Shown here one piece after another: positions 19,066 to 28,844 of a DNA stretch of 64,000 bases. A model generated the notes under the pieces. That model was not told the DNA's origin. It did not search any database and saw only the letters and a program-made list of their open reading frames with translations. Source of the DNA: an uncultured Anaerolineae bacterium (GTDB lineage Bacteria; Chloroflexota; Anaerolineae; JAFGEY01); NCBI GenBank assembly GCA_964481205.1, contig CAYZYE010000003.1, positions 857-64,856 on the forward strand, given 5' to 3'. How positions within the stretch are numbered: position 1 is the first letter of the stretch; every line of letters begins with the position of its first letter. The translations under genes and the position numbers were made by a program.

Positions 19066-20479
19066 CCGACATCCCTTCCTTCCAGGCCGACCACCCGGTC
19101 AGCACAGCATCGCGCCGCATCACGTCATCGAGCTGCTGCACCGCCGACGTCTGCACCGGATAATAAGCCGACATCGCGTCGGGCAAATGGTAAGTCAAAA
19201 TCCGGTCACTCAACAACGGATCGGGCGCCTTTTTGTCCAACGAAATCAACACCAAACGTCGTCCTGCATCGTGCAGACTTAGCAACGTGGTACTCAACTC
19301 TTTGGAAACAATCGCCGTGACCACGATCAACGTGGCCCCCCAGGGCAAACGCGGACTCGAGCGGCTCAACAATTGAGCGATGCTCTGCGTTGCCACCGGC
19401 GTCACCGCCGCCAACGCCTCCAAAATGCGCGTCAGCTGCTGCGGATCGCGCCCCGGCAGCACCTTGATCGGCTGGTCGGAACGCGGCACCGAACCATTGG
19501 CCATCAAACCGGTCACATACCGCCTGCCCACCGAAAAACTGCTCACCGAAGCGGCCACACTGATACACCGCTCCAACAAATCGGGGATCGTCCCCATCCA
19601 ATACCGTTCCAGCGTAGCCACATTGAGAAAAACCATCACCGTAAACGAAGTGGTCGGTTCGTAAACCTTGACCTGCAACTCTTGCCGCCGCGCCGTCGCC
19701 TTCCAATGAATGTGACGAAACCCATCGCTGGGAAAATGATCGCGCACCCCAATCGTCCGCGAAGGGTCTTCAAACATCCGCTGCCGCGCCTTGGTCTCGC
19801 CAAAAGGATCCTTGGGCGGCAGCCCCAACTCGTCGATCGGCAGCACCCGGGGGTAAACAATCAACCAGTGATAGCGGGGAAAAAAATACCGGCTCTTGAA
19901 AATACCAAAAATATCGCCGCTGGTCATCCGCGCCGGGCCGATCCGGTAAAATCCACGATGCTCACACAAAATGCGATAATGGAGACGCACACGCTCGTAC
20001 CAACGCAGCGAAAAACTGTTCTCCAACACCATCCGTTCCGATCCCGAGGCCGGATGCAAATCCTTTTGCTTTTCTGCCAACCCCAGATTCTCCGGCCACT
20101 CGTCCTGAACATGCAACCAACCCAACGGCAGCAACTTGCGGTTCTCCACCGTCAGCGTCAGCTCGACCGTCTCGCCGATAAAAGCGCGGCGCGGCGACAG
20201 TTGGCGCGCGTACAATACGCGGCGCAAAGCAAAATGATTCCACAGGCGGGCAATGGGCAACACAGTCAAGAGCAGCACGCCCAACAAAGTCAGCCCCACC
20301 TGGCGCGAAAACAAACCAATCAGCAAACAAAGAATCGCAAAAGCGATCCAGGCGTCATTGAACAAGGCGCGATCGTCTAGCGACTGCGTCTTAGCCGGCT
20401 GACCGCCGGCCAACGATTCGTCTGCCGCGCCCTCTGGGGGATGCCGCGTTTGCTGCTTTGCTCCCATCGTCTCGACCAT
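19052..20479 (-). CDS. DUF58 domain protein (vWA-like), MoxR partner
   Basis: Two N-terminal TM helices. The DUF58 core motif DGFRHIHWKATARRQELQVKVYE is present. Confidence 0.8.
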   Translation of the reverse strand: MVETMGAKQQTRHPPEGAADESLAGGQPAKTQSLDDRALFNDAWIAFAILCLLIGLFSRQVGLTLLGVLLLTVLPIARLWNHFALRRVLYARQLSPRRAFIGETVELTLTVENRKLLPLGWLHVQDEWPENLGLAEKQKDLHPASGSERMVLENSFSLRWYERVRLHYRILCEHRGFYRIGPARMTSGDIFGIFKSRYFFPRYHWLIVYPRVLPIDELGLPPKDPFGETKARQRMFEDPSRTIGVRDHFPSDGFRHIHWKATARRQELQVKVYEPTTSFTVMVFLNVATLERYWMGTIPDLLERCISVAASVSSFSVGRRYVTGLMANGSVPRSDQPIKVLPGRDPQQLTRILEALAAVTPVATQSIAQLLSRSSPRLPWGATLIVVTAIVSKELSTTLLSLHDAGRRLVLISLDKKAPDPLLSDRILTYHLPDAMSAYYPVQTSAVQQLDDVMRRDAVLTGWSAWKEGMSGERG

Positions 20480-20483
20480 CGCT

Positions 20484-21422
20484 CTAGAGCGTTTCCACCG
20501 GCGCCGGCACCAAATCGACCACTTCCATTACCACCTCTTCTGGCGTGCGACCGCGCAGCCGCGTCTGCGGGCTAATGATCACGCGATGAGTCAGCACACA
20601 AGGCGCAAGCGCCTTGACATCGTCGGGAATGACAAAATCGCGCCCCTGGATGGCCGCGCGCGCCTGCGCGGTGCGATACAACGCCATCGTACCACGCGGG
20701 CTGGCCCCAAGCGCCACCGCACTGTGCTCGCGGGTAGCGCGCGCCACCCGCACGGCATACTCACGCACCGAATCCTCGACGCGAACCCGGCGCACGGCGC
20801 GCTGCAACTCGATCAACTCTTGCGGCTCGGTAACGGCCTGCAAATCATCGAGCGGATCGGCGCGCTCAAAACGGAGCAAAATATCACCCTCCTCCTGCTC
20901 TGTCGGATAGCCGAGCTTGACCTTGAGCAAAAAACGGTCCACCTGCGCCTCCGGCAGTGGAAACGTACCCTCCAATTCGATCGGGTTCTGCGTCGCCAGC
21001 ACCAAAAACGGACGCGGCAGCATCATCGTCTTGCCATCCACCGTCACCTGTCGCTCCTGCATCGCCTCCAGCAGCGCCGACTGGGTGCGCGGCGTGGCGC
21101 GATTGATCTCGTCGGCAAGCACAATCTGCGACATCACCGGCCCGGCGCGGAACTCGAATTCCTGCTGTTTCTGATTAAAATAATAAATCCCGGTCACATC
21201 GGAAGGCAGCAAGTCGGGCGTAAACTGGATGCGCTGAAACGAACAACCCAGCGACCTGGCCATCGCCTTGGCCAGCGTCGTCTTGCCGATGCCGGGCACA
21301 TCTTCCAGCAACACATGCCCCTCGCACAACAGTGAAATCAACAACAACTCGATCACCTCGTCCTTGCCAATGATGACCTTTTTTACATTTTCAGCAATAC
21401 GCCTCGCGGCCTCTGCAATCAT
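20484..21422 (-). CDS. moxR: MoxR-family AAA+ ATPase
   Basis: Walker A DVPGIGKT, Walker B VLADEINRA, and a MoxR-type C-terminus. Confidence 0.9.
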   Translation of the reverse strand: MIAEAARRIAENVKKVIIGKDEVIELLLISLLCEGHVLLEDVPGIGKTTLAKAMARSLGCSFQRIQFTPDLLPSDVTGIYYFNQKQQEFEFRAGPVMSQIVLADEINRATPRTQSALLEAMQERQVTVDGKTMMLPRPFLVLATQNPIELEGTFPLPEAQVDRFLLKVKLGYPTEQEEGDILLRFERADPLDDLQAVTEPQELIELQRAVRRVRVEDSVREYAVRVARATREHSAVALGASPRGTMALYRTAQARAAIQGRDFVIPDDVKALAPCVLTHRVIISPQTRLRGRTPEEVVMEVVDLVPAPVETL

Positions 21423-22339
21423 ATCTCCTCACTTTTCGTTGGCGACAACTTGTCTGCAAGCGCCTTGAAATCATCCACCTCGTAAAATCCAGGCTCGTAC
21501 AATCGATCCAACACCGTCAACAATTCCGTCTCGAAATCACCCAAAGAGATGGGAATTCCAGAAACATTCAAATGCCCCAACAACGCAGACACCAACTCGT
21601 GCCCGCCCATCTCCTCGATATATCGGCCTTGCTCCCAAAAATCGCAATGCGTACACCTGTCCAAATTTCGATCATAGCATCGATCGATGTGCAAGTCGTC
21701 AAACTCGGCTGCCTGGCAAAACGTCTGGCAATCGGCGCACAGCCTTGCGCACTCTTGATGCAAATACTCGAGCCAGACCTGACGATCTGGATACCGCGCC
21801 GGTCGCAAGGGACGACGGCGATCGGGATGCAAAAAACGCAGATCAACCAACTCTTTTTTTCGACCCACCAATTGCCAATAAGTCAGCCAGCCCACAAAAT
21901 GCTCCACCATCGGACGCGCCAACTCTTGCATCAACAAATCCACTTGCGACGCCAATGTTGGTAACGCAGCCGACCTGGGAATGTATGAACATAGATTTTC
22001 AAACACCTGGGCAACCACTCGAAAATCCAACAAATAGTTTTCAATTTCGTGCCGCCGCCAGATGAAACGCCGCGAATCAGAACGCCACGAATCATCTGCA
22101 ACCTGGCGAGACCGATAATTGCGATCCTCAATCGTAAAAACGCGATCCAACGACTCGCCCAAACCATCGCCCCGCAACCGAGAACGCTCTCGATAATGTT
22201 CGGCCACGCTGCGAAGACTGGCGTCGCCACAAGCCGGGTAGAGCATCACCTCCAAAGCAAACTTTTGAACCACCAACATATTCAGCACGCGATCATCGAG
22301 TCCGCCACGGCGTCCTTCACAAATCAGCACATTCCCCAT
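21419..22339 (-). CDS. AriB-like DUF4435/TOPRIM-type protein (putative PARIS effector) with Cys-rich C-terminal region
   Basis: The N-terminus is VLICEGRRGGLDDRV (TOPRIM-like EG motif). A central HEIENYLLD motif. Seven Cys in CARLCADC...CYDRNLDRCTHC. Lower GC than the flanks. Its stop forms an ATGA overlap with the moxR start. Confidence 0.5.
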   Translation of the reverse strand: MGNVLICEGRRGGLDDRVLNMLVVQKFALEVMLYPACGDASLRSVAEHYRERSRLRGDGLGESLDRVFTIEDRNYRSRQVADDSWRSDSRRFIWRRHEIENYLLDFRVVAQVFENLCSYIPRSAALPTLASQVDLLMQELARPMVEHFVGWLTYWQLVGRKKELVDLRFLHPDRRRPLRPARYPDRQVWLEYLHQECARLCADCQTFCQAAEFDDLHIDRCYDRNLDRCTHCDFWEQGRYIEEMGGHELVSALLGHLNVSGIPISLGDFETELLTVLDRLYEPGFYEVDDFKALADKLSPTKSEEI

Positions 22340-22344
22340 ACCCC

Positions 22345-23454
22345 TTATCTCCTGCCTCGTCGATCGCCGAGATCGCCCAGATCAATGATCGCGTCGCCGG
22401 GCACATTATCGCGCAAATAAGCTGAATGTGTGGTCACGATAAACTGATTATCGATCCCCATTTTGGGGAGCAAATTGAGCAGTTTTCGCTGCCATAAAGG
22501 GTGTTGATGAAGTTCGATCTCGTCTATCAGGACGATAGAGCGATTGATGTGCTCTGTGACCATTTTGATCAAAAACAGCAACATCATTTGCTCACCACTG
22601 CTTAGACCATCATATTTATACTCGTATTCGCCCTGGCGAAAACAAAGGTCGAGTTCATCCTGTGCATTTCTTACCGCACCCACAAGTTGGTGAGGCTTGC
22701 AAACCTGATCGTACCTGGATTTGATCAAAGAAAATTGATCTGACCTGGTGTCTTGCGCCGACGGAAACGCCGATTTGACAGCCAAAGCCAGCAAGATCGT
22801 GCGCGGGTCTGTGGTATACCGGCGATCCGGCCAATCTTGAATGCTCTCTTCAGGTATCGAGTATTGAATAATTTTCCAAATATCTCGCTGAATCACCTTG
22901 CCCATGCCGGTACGCTGTTGATCAAAGACAAACACACCGCCAACACGGCTGAACCATTCCAGCCCCACTCGTTCCGTAGACAGCAGCCGGGCCGCGGTCG
23001 CTCGCCCCTTGAGCAAATTGCAACCGTGGCTTGGATCGCACTGGATATGAAAACGACTCCCCTTATATTGTGATGACGGAAAATCCCAGGTGACTTGGAC
23101 AACCCGATCATCTTGCACCTGTCCCTCCGGCTCTTCGGCCAGCGAGAACAAACGTCGGACCGCATCGATCTCGTCTTGAGAAAAATGAATCGTGCTTGTC
23201 ACCCGCGCGCGAACCGCGCCACGGCGAACGAGCGCCCTCGATCCTAAAACAAAACCGGATCGTAATGGCACCGGTCGCAGTTCAGTCGCAAGCCCCACGC
23301 CGGCCGCAATCGCGTCCAGAATCGTCGTTTTGCCACTCGTGTTTGGCCCGACAATCACCGATACATCGCGCACACGCCCTAACGAATCGGTGAAATCCAA
23401 TTCCAGTCTCTCGATGTGCCTGAAATTCTCAATCACCATTTTAGCTATCTTCAT
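22345..23454 (-). CDS. AriA-like ABC/AAA_21-type ATPase (putative PARIS sensor ATPase)
   Basis: Walker A GPNTSGKTT, ABC signature LSSGEQ, Walker B VLIDEIELHQHP, H-loop TTHS. Lower GC. Its start overlaps the mnmG stop in an ATGA overlap. Confidence 0.75.
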   Translation of the reverse strand: MKIAKMVIENFRHIERLELDFTDSLGRVRDVSVIVGPNTSGKTTILDAIAAGVGLATELRPVPLRSGFVLGSRALVRRGAVRARVTSTIHFSQDEIDAVRRLFSLAEEPEGQVQDDRVVQVTWDFPSSQYKGSRFHIQCDPSHGCNLLKGRATAARLLSTERVGLEWFSRVGGVFVFDQQRTGMGKVIQRDIWKIIQYSIPEESIQDWPDRRYTTDPRTILLALAVKSAFPSAQDTRSDQFSLIKSRYDQVCKPHQLVGAVRNAQDELDLCFRQGEYEYKYDGLSSGEQMMLLFLIKMVTEHINRSIVLIDEIELHQHPLWQRKLLNLLPKMGIDNQFIVTTHSAYLRDNVPGDAIIDLGDLGDRRGRR

Positions 23455-25388
23455 CTCGGCGTCCCTCTCTCCAGATACACCAACAAAATCGTCACATCGG
23501 CCGGGTTGACGCCGGCGATGCGCGTCGCCTGCCCCACCGACAGCGGGCGGTAGCGAATCAACTGCTCGCGCGCCTCGTTGCGCAACCCTGGAATTGCACG
23601 GTAATCAAAATCGGGCGGAATGCGACGCCTTTCCAGCCGCGCCATCCGCTCCACCTCTACCTGCTGGCGGGCGATATAGCCCGCGTACTTGGCCTCGATC
23701 TCGACCTGCCCGGCCGCCGAAGCCGAAAGCGCCTGATCGGGCGGCGCAACCTGGCGCAGCAGCGCGTAACTCGCTTCAGGACGGCGCAGCAGCGACAGTG
23801 CGTTGAGACCATCATCGATCGGCGCGATCCCGGCCCCGGCCAAAGCCCGGTTCACCTCTGCGGTAGGGCGCAGCCAAACCCGTTCCAGCCGCGCCAATTC
23901 CTCGCCGATGGCCGCCCGCTTGCGCTCGACGGCATCATACCGCTGGCGCGAAACCAAACCGACCTCGTAACCGATCGGCGTCAAACGCAGATCGGCATTG
24001 TCCTGCCGCAACAACAGCCGGTACTCGGCGCGCGAGGTCATGATCCGGTACGGCTCGGCCTGCGGCTTGGTGACCAAATCATCGACCAGCACGCCAATAT
24101 AAGCCTGATCGCGTCGCAGCAACAACGGCGCTTTGCCCTGCACATACAATGCGGCATTGATCCCGGCCACCAGCCCTTGCGCCGCCGCCTCCTCATAACC
24201 CGACGTGCCGTTGATCTGGCCGGCGTGGTACAGCCCTTCGACATGTTTAGAGGCCAGCGCGCCGTCAAACTGCCCGCCCGTGACCGCGTCGTACTCGATC
24301 GCATAGCCGGGACGCATGATCTCGGCCTCGCGCAGCGCCGGAATTGTGCGCAGCGCGGCAATCTGCACCTCCTCCGGCATCCCGGTGAACAGCCCTTGCA
24401 CATACACCTCGCTCGTCAGCCAGCCCTCCGGCTCGAGAAAAAAGAGATGACTCGCCTTGTCGGGAAAACGCACCAACTTTTCCTCAAAAGAAGGGCAATA
24501 ACGCGGCCCGGCCGCCTCGATCGCCCCCGGCGTGACCAACGACCGATCGAGGTTGGCGCGCATCACCCGGTGCGTTTCTGCATTGGTGCGAATGGTATAA
24601 CAAGGCAGCTGCGGCCGCCACGCGGTCTGTTTCCCCAACGGATAAACTGGGTTGGGCGGCTGCCGCATAAAGTAGGGACAGCGCAGATCCGAATCCGGGT
24701 CGGCATCGGGCGACTCGTAACTGAAATACAACGGCTCCTCGCTGCCCGGTTGAAACCCGGTTTGGCTAAAATCGATCGTCCGCGCGTCGATGCGGGGCGG
24801 CGTGTTGGTCTGCAAGCGCGTCAACGTATAGCCCAGCCGGGCCAACGACGCCGACAGCTTGTTGGCCGGAAACTCGGCCGCCCGCCCCGATGGAAAACGC
24901 TGCCGCCCGCGCATCACCTTGGCAGCCAGGAACGTGCCCGTGGTCAACACCACCGACCGCGCCCGGTATTCATACCCGGTGTAGACGCGCACGCCGCACA
25001 CACGCCCGTCCTTTTCAAGCACATCGGTGACACGCGCCTGCTTGAGCTGCAAATTCGGCGTCGATTCCAACGTGTGCTTGAGCTGCACGGCATAGTGCCG
25101 CTTGTCCGACTGCGAGCGCAACGCCTGCACCGCCGGTCCTTTGGACACATTGAGCAAGCGAATTTGCACAAAATTGGCGTCGACGGCGCGCGCCATCTGC
25201 CCGCCCAAGGCATCGATCTCGCGCACAATGTGCCCTTTGCCCGGCCCGCCGATGCCGGGATTGCACGGCATTTGAGCGATCAAGTCCAAATTCATCGTCA
25301 ACAACAATGTGCGCGCGCCCATCCGCGCGGCGGCCAACGCCGCCTCACAGCCGGCATGCCCGGCGCCCACAACCAATACATCATACAT
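23451..25388 (-). CDS. mnmG: tRNA uridine 5-carboxymethylaminomethyl modification enzyme
   Basis: YDVLVVGAGHAGCEAALAAARMG FAD motif. Collinear with the MnmG/GidA family along its 645-aa length. Confidence 0.9.
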   Translation of the reverse strand: MYDVLVVGAGHAGCEAALAAARMGARTLLLTMNLDLIAQMPCNPGIGGPGKGHIVREIDALGGQMARAVDANFVQIRLLNVSKGPAVQALRSQSDKRHYAVQLKHTLESTPNLQLKQARVTDVLEKDGRVCGVRVYTGYEYRARSVVLTTGTFLAAKVMRGRQRFPSGRAAEFPANKLSASLARLGYTLTRLQTNTPPRIDARTIDFSQTGFQPGSEEPLYFSYESPDADPDSDLRCPYFMRQPPNPVYPLGKQTAWRPQLPCYTIRTNAETHRVMRANLDRSLVTPGAIEAAGPRYCPSFEEKLVRFPDKASHLFFLEPEGWLTSEVYVQGLFTGMPEEVQIAALRTIPALREAEIMRPGYAIEYDAVTGGQFDGALASKHVEGLYHAGQINGTSGYEEAAAQGLVAGINAALYVQGKAPLLLRRDQAYIGVLVDDLVTKPQAEPYRIMTSRAEYRLLLRQDNADLRLTPIGYEVGLVSRQRYDAVERKRAAIGEELARLERVWLRPTAEVNRALAGAGIAPIDDGLNALSLLRRPEASYALLRQVAPPDQALSASAAGQVEIEAKYAGYIARQQVEVERMARLERRRIPPDFDYRAIPGLRNEAREQLIRYRPLSVGQATRIAGVNPADVTILLVYLERGTPR

Positions 25389-25392
25389 TTAT

Positions 25393-26670
25393 CTAGCTCG
25401 CCTGAATCTTTTGAATCGTCTCCAACATAAAAGCATCCGTCTCGGTCATCCCCGGACGGTTCAGCTGCCCCAGGTAGGCAAACGTCTCTTCGATCGTCTT
25501 GGCGACGATGCCATCGCCCTCTGGAACGTACACACCGTCGCAGGCCAGGTAGGCAAACTGGATCGCCGCCGAGATTGCCGTGCTGATCTTGTACGCGCAA
25601 GACACTTTGGCCCCGTCGCACAACACCCCCGCAAACGTGCCCAGGGTAGACTGCATCGCGTGGGTCATCGCCACATAATCGCCACCCAGCAGCCAGGTTG
25701 TCGCCGCTGCCACGCCGGTTGACGCGGCCACGGCCGCGCCGCAAAACACGGTCAACCGTTCGGTCAGACTCTTGATGTAAATGGTGATCACCGAGCTGAT
25801 CGCCAGCGCGTGAGCCAGCCGGGTACGCCCAACTTGCAAATCCTCGGCGACAGACAACACGCCCAGGAAATTAGTGATCCCCTGGTTGCCGCTGCCGGTC
25901 ACGGCGATCACCGGCACCACCAGACCGAGCATCCGCGCCTCACTGGCCGCGCCGGTGAGCGCCTGCGCCTTGGCCGCCTGGGCAAAAGGCGCCGGCAGAT
26001 CCTTGGAACGCCGCCACAATGCCGGGCCAAACTGCATCGCCTCATTTTCGATGCCCGACATGGCCGCTTGTTTGTTGATCTCGGCTGCCTCGATCAAAAA
26101 CGCCAACCGATCGGCCGCGATCGTCTCGATCAACTCGACCAGCTCTTGAATCGAATACCCGGCAAACGCATGTTTGACCGCGCCACCGGTGACGACATCA
26201 TCGACAAAAGTCTTGACGCCATTCCTGGACACCTCGACAATGTGCGAGTAATCGTGCTGGGTAATCGCCGCCGCGCGGTCGTCGCCGGCAAAAACCTGGG
26301 CGCGAATGTACAACACATCGGGCAGATCGGCATAACCAGCCTCGATCCGCCCTTGGTCCAACAACCTGGTCGCCCGCGCAATGGCCTCATCATCCACATA
26401 GTCGAGGATCGCCAACCCGGCCTCGCTGTGATCGATCACCGCGCCCAACGCCGACGCCCACAGCAAACCACGCTTGTCCAGCCCCGGAATGCCGACATTG
26501 ATCGCGTTCTTGTAAAGACTGGGACTGACCGTCACCACAACTCTTTCCGGCGTCCGTCCCAACTCTCGCGTTGCGCGAGAAACGGCCAGAGAAATGCTGA
26601 CCGGATCCGTACACCCCGTCGTCCGCTCGATCTCGCTCATTAAAATTTGAATCAATTCATCTTTATCCAT
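25393..26670 (-). CDS. UPF0597 / serine-dehydratase-like L-cysteine desulfidase family protein
   Basis: GSGNQG motif (SDH_alpha-like). The ATG MDKDEL start at 26668-26670 was verified. Confidence 0.6.
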   Translation of the reverse strand: MDKDELIQILMSEIERTTGCTDPVSISLAVSRATRELGRTPERVVVTVSPSLYKNAINVGIPGLDKRGLLWASALGAVIDHSEAGLAILDYVDDEAIARATRLLDQGRIEAGYADLPDVLYIRAQVFAGDDRAAAITQHDYSHIVEVSRNGVKTFVDDVVTGGAVKHAFAGYSIQELVELIETIAADRLAFLIEAAEINKQAAMSGIENEAMQFGPALWRRSKDLPAPFAQAAKAQALTGAASEARMLGLVVPVIAVTGSGNQGITNFLGVLSVAEDLQVGRTRLAHALAISSVITIYIKSLTERLTVFCGAAVAASTGVAAATTWLLGGDYVAMTHAMQSTLGTFAGVLCDGAKVSCAYKISTAISAAIQFAYLACDGVYVPEGDGIVAKTIEETFAYLGQLNRPGMTETDAFMLETIQKIQAS

Positions 26671-26755
26671 ACCTGTCACCCCATTGTGGCATTCACACTC
26701 TTGACCTTGATCATCTCTCAAACCCCGCAAGTATAACCCAGTTTGAACAAAGACG

Positions 26756-28417
26756 CTAATCGCCAAAATTCGACTGCCGCCCCACGGCGTGCCGGTAGGT
26801 TTTGAACCCGCCGTTCAAATTGACGGCGTCAAAACCGCGCTGGGTCAACATCCGGCAGGCGTAATAGGCCCGCTGCCCGGCGTGGCAATAGACAACCACC
26901 CGTCGATCTTGGGGAACCTCGTCCAAACGGTCGCGCAGCTGCGCCAGGGGGATGTGAACCATGCCCTCGATATGGCCGGCCTTCAACTCGGCCGCGTCAC
27001 GCACATCCAGGATAAAATCCCTGTCCTGTTCCAGCGAAGCGACATCATCCCAATCAATGGTCTTGACATCGCCGCGCAACATATTGGAGGCGACAAATCC
27101 GACCATGTTGACCGGGTCGCGCGCCGAACCAAAAGGCGGCGCGTAACACAACTCCAATTCTTCCAGATCGAACGCCGTCAACCCGGCGCGCAGCGCGGTA
27201 GCCACCACGTCGATGCGCTTGTCCACGCCATCCCCACCGACAATCTGCGCGCCCAACAGCCGGCCATCCGGTGCAAAAAGCAACTTGAAGGTCATCGACG
27301 ATGCACCAGGATAATATCCGGCGTGATTGGCCTCGTGAATGATCGCACTGCGGTACTCGATACCGGCCCGCTCCAACTGCCGGCCGTTCATCCCCGTTGT
27401 CGCCACCGTCAAGTCGAAAACCTTGACAATCGACGTGCCTTGCACCCCTTTGTAGCGCACCGCCCGCCCGGCGATGTGATCGGCGACCAACCGCCCCTGC
27501 TTGCTGGCCGGCCCGGCCAGCGGCAAATTGGTCGGCTGGCCGGTGAGCAAATGCGTCACCAGCACCGCGTCGCCGATGGCATAAATATCGGGGTCAGAGG
27601 TTTGCAAATGCTCATTGGTGGCAATCGCGCCTCGCGCGCCGAGGGTCAGACCGGCAGCCTGCGCCAACTGCCCTTCGGGTCGCACGCCGATAGCCAAAAT
27701 GACCATATCGGCGTCGACGCGGCTGCCGCTCGACAAGGCCACGCGCAAACCGCCATCCACCTGCGTGATCGCTTTGAGGCCGTCGCCAAGCGCCAGCCGC
27801 AACTTTTTGGCCTGCAAATGATAATGCACCAACGCCGCCATTTCGAAATCCAGCGGCGCCATCACCTGATCCATCATTTCGACCAACGTCACCTTGACGC
27901 CCAGGTGCTCCAAATTTTCGGCCAACTCGATGCCGATGAAACCGCCGCCCACGACCACGGCGCGTGAGGGATGTTTGCGATCGATAAACCCCTTGATCGC
28001 GTCCGTATCTGGAATGTTGCGCAACGAGAACACGCCGCCCAGGTCGCAGCCGGGCACAGGCGGCTTGAAAGGCGCCGCGCCGGGAGAGAGGATCAATTTG
28101 TCATACGCTTCCGTGTATTCGAGACCGGTTTTGCGATTTTTGACCAGCACCACCTTGTTCTGACGATCGATCTCGAGAACCTGATTGTCGACACGGGCAT
28201 CGACATTGAACACCGCCTTGAATGCCTGCGGCGTCTGCACCAGCAATTTCTTTCGCTCCTTGATCACACCGCCGATATAGTACGGCAGCCCACAATTGGC
28301 AAAAGAGAGATATGAACCGCGTTCCAGCAAAACGATCTCGGCATATTCATCCATACGCCGCAAACGCGCCGCGGCACTCGCGCCGCCGGCCACACCACCC
28401 ACGATCACCACCTTCAT
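26756..28417 (-). CDS. CoA-disulfide reductase / NADH oxidase-like pyridine nucleotide-disulfide oxidoreductase with C-terminal rhodanese domain
   Basis: MKVVIVGGVAGGASAA FAD motif. Redox-active SFANCGLPY Cys. C-terminal VVVYCHAGQRAYYA rhodanese loop. RBS GGAGGG. Confidence 0.8.
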   Translation of the reverse strand: MKVVIVGGVAGGASAAARLRRMDEYAEIVLLERGSYLSFANCGLPYYIGGVIKERKKLLVQTPQAFKAVFNVDARVDNQVLEIDRQNKVVLVKNRKTGLEYTEAYDKLILSPGAAPFKPPVPGCDLGGVFSLRNIPDTDAIKGFIDRKHPSRAVVVGGGFIGIELAENLEHLGVKVTLVEMMDQVMAPLDFEMAALVHYHLQAKKLRLALGDGLKAITQVDGGLRVALSSGSRVDADMVILAIGVRPEGQLAQAAGLTLGARGAIATNEHLQTSDPDIYAIGDAVLVTHLLTGQPTNLPLAGPASKQGRLVADHIAGRAVRYKGVQGTSIVKVFDLTVATTGMNGRQLERAGIEYRSAIIHEANHAGYYPGASSMTFKLLFAPDGRLLGAQIVGGDGVDKRIDVVATALRAGLTAFDLEELELCYAPPFGSARDPVNMVGFVASNMLRGDVKTIDWDDVASLEQDRDFILDVRDAAELKAGHIEGMVHIPLAQLRDRLDEVPQDRRVVVYCHAGQRAYYACRMLTQRGFDAVNLNGGFKTYRHAVGRQSNFGD

Positions 28418-28446
28418 CAAACCCTCCCCGTTTGTCGAAAAAAACA

Positions 28447-28530
28447 GCAAAAATAACCATCCCCCGTTGCTCTCGCCGGATTTGGCAATCCGGACCGGGC
28501 AGGCCGGGACAATTTAAACTCGGGAACTCG
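28447..28530. repeat. ~75-bp direct repeat copy 1 (CGTTGCTCTCGCCGGATTTGGCAATCCGG...AATTTAAACTCGGGAACTCG)
   Basis: A second copy lies at 28722-28800. It shares the GGATTTGGCAATCC hairpin with 14101-14124. Confidence 0.65.
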
Positions 28531-28721
28531 AGCCCAACATGATCGGATGAAGGGATTATACTCTGCTTTGAACCCCCTGACAAGAAAAATTTGGCGATCG
28601 GGTTGCCGTCCAACCATGCGCAGATTTAGATTTGTGGTATAATTTGCTGCGCTCGACCAGCCCTGCTCTGGGCTGCGTTTGAATGCCCATCGAGCGCGAT
28701 AAGGCGTTTCCAGAAAAACAA

Positions 28722-28800
28722 CCAGCGTTGCTCTCGCCGGATTTGGCAAGCCGGGCAGACTGGGACAATTTAAATTCTGGAACTCGGCAATCAAAGTTCT
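28722..28800. repeat. ~75-bp direct repeat copy 2
   Basis: The same block with small substitutions. Confidence 0.65.
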
Positions 28801-28844
28801 GAAATGCTCGACGTGGTCGTTCAAAAACCTCTTTTTCAGGAAAC

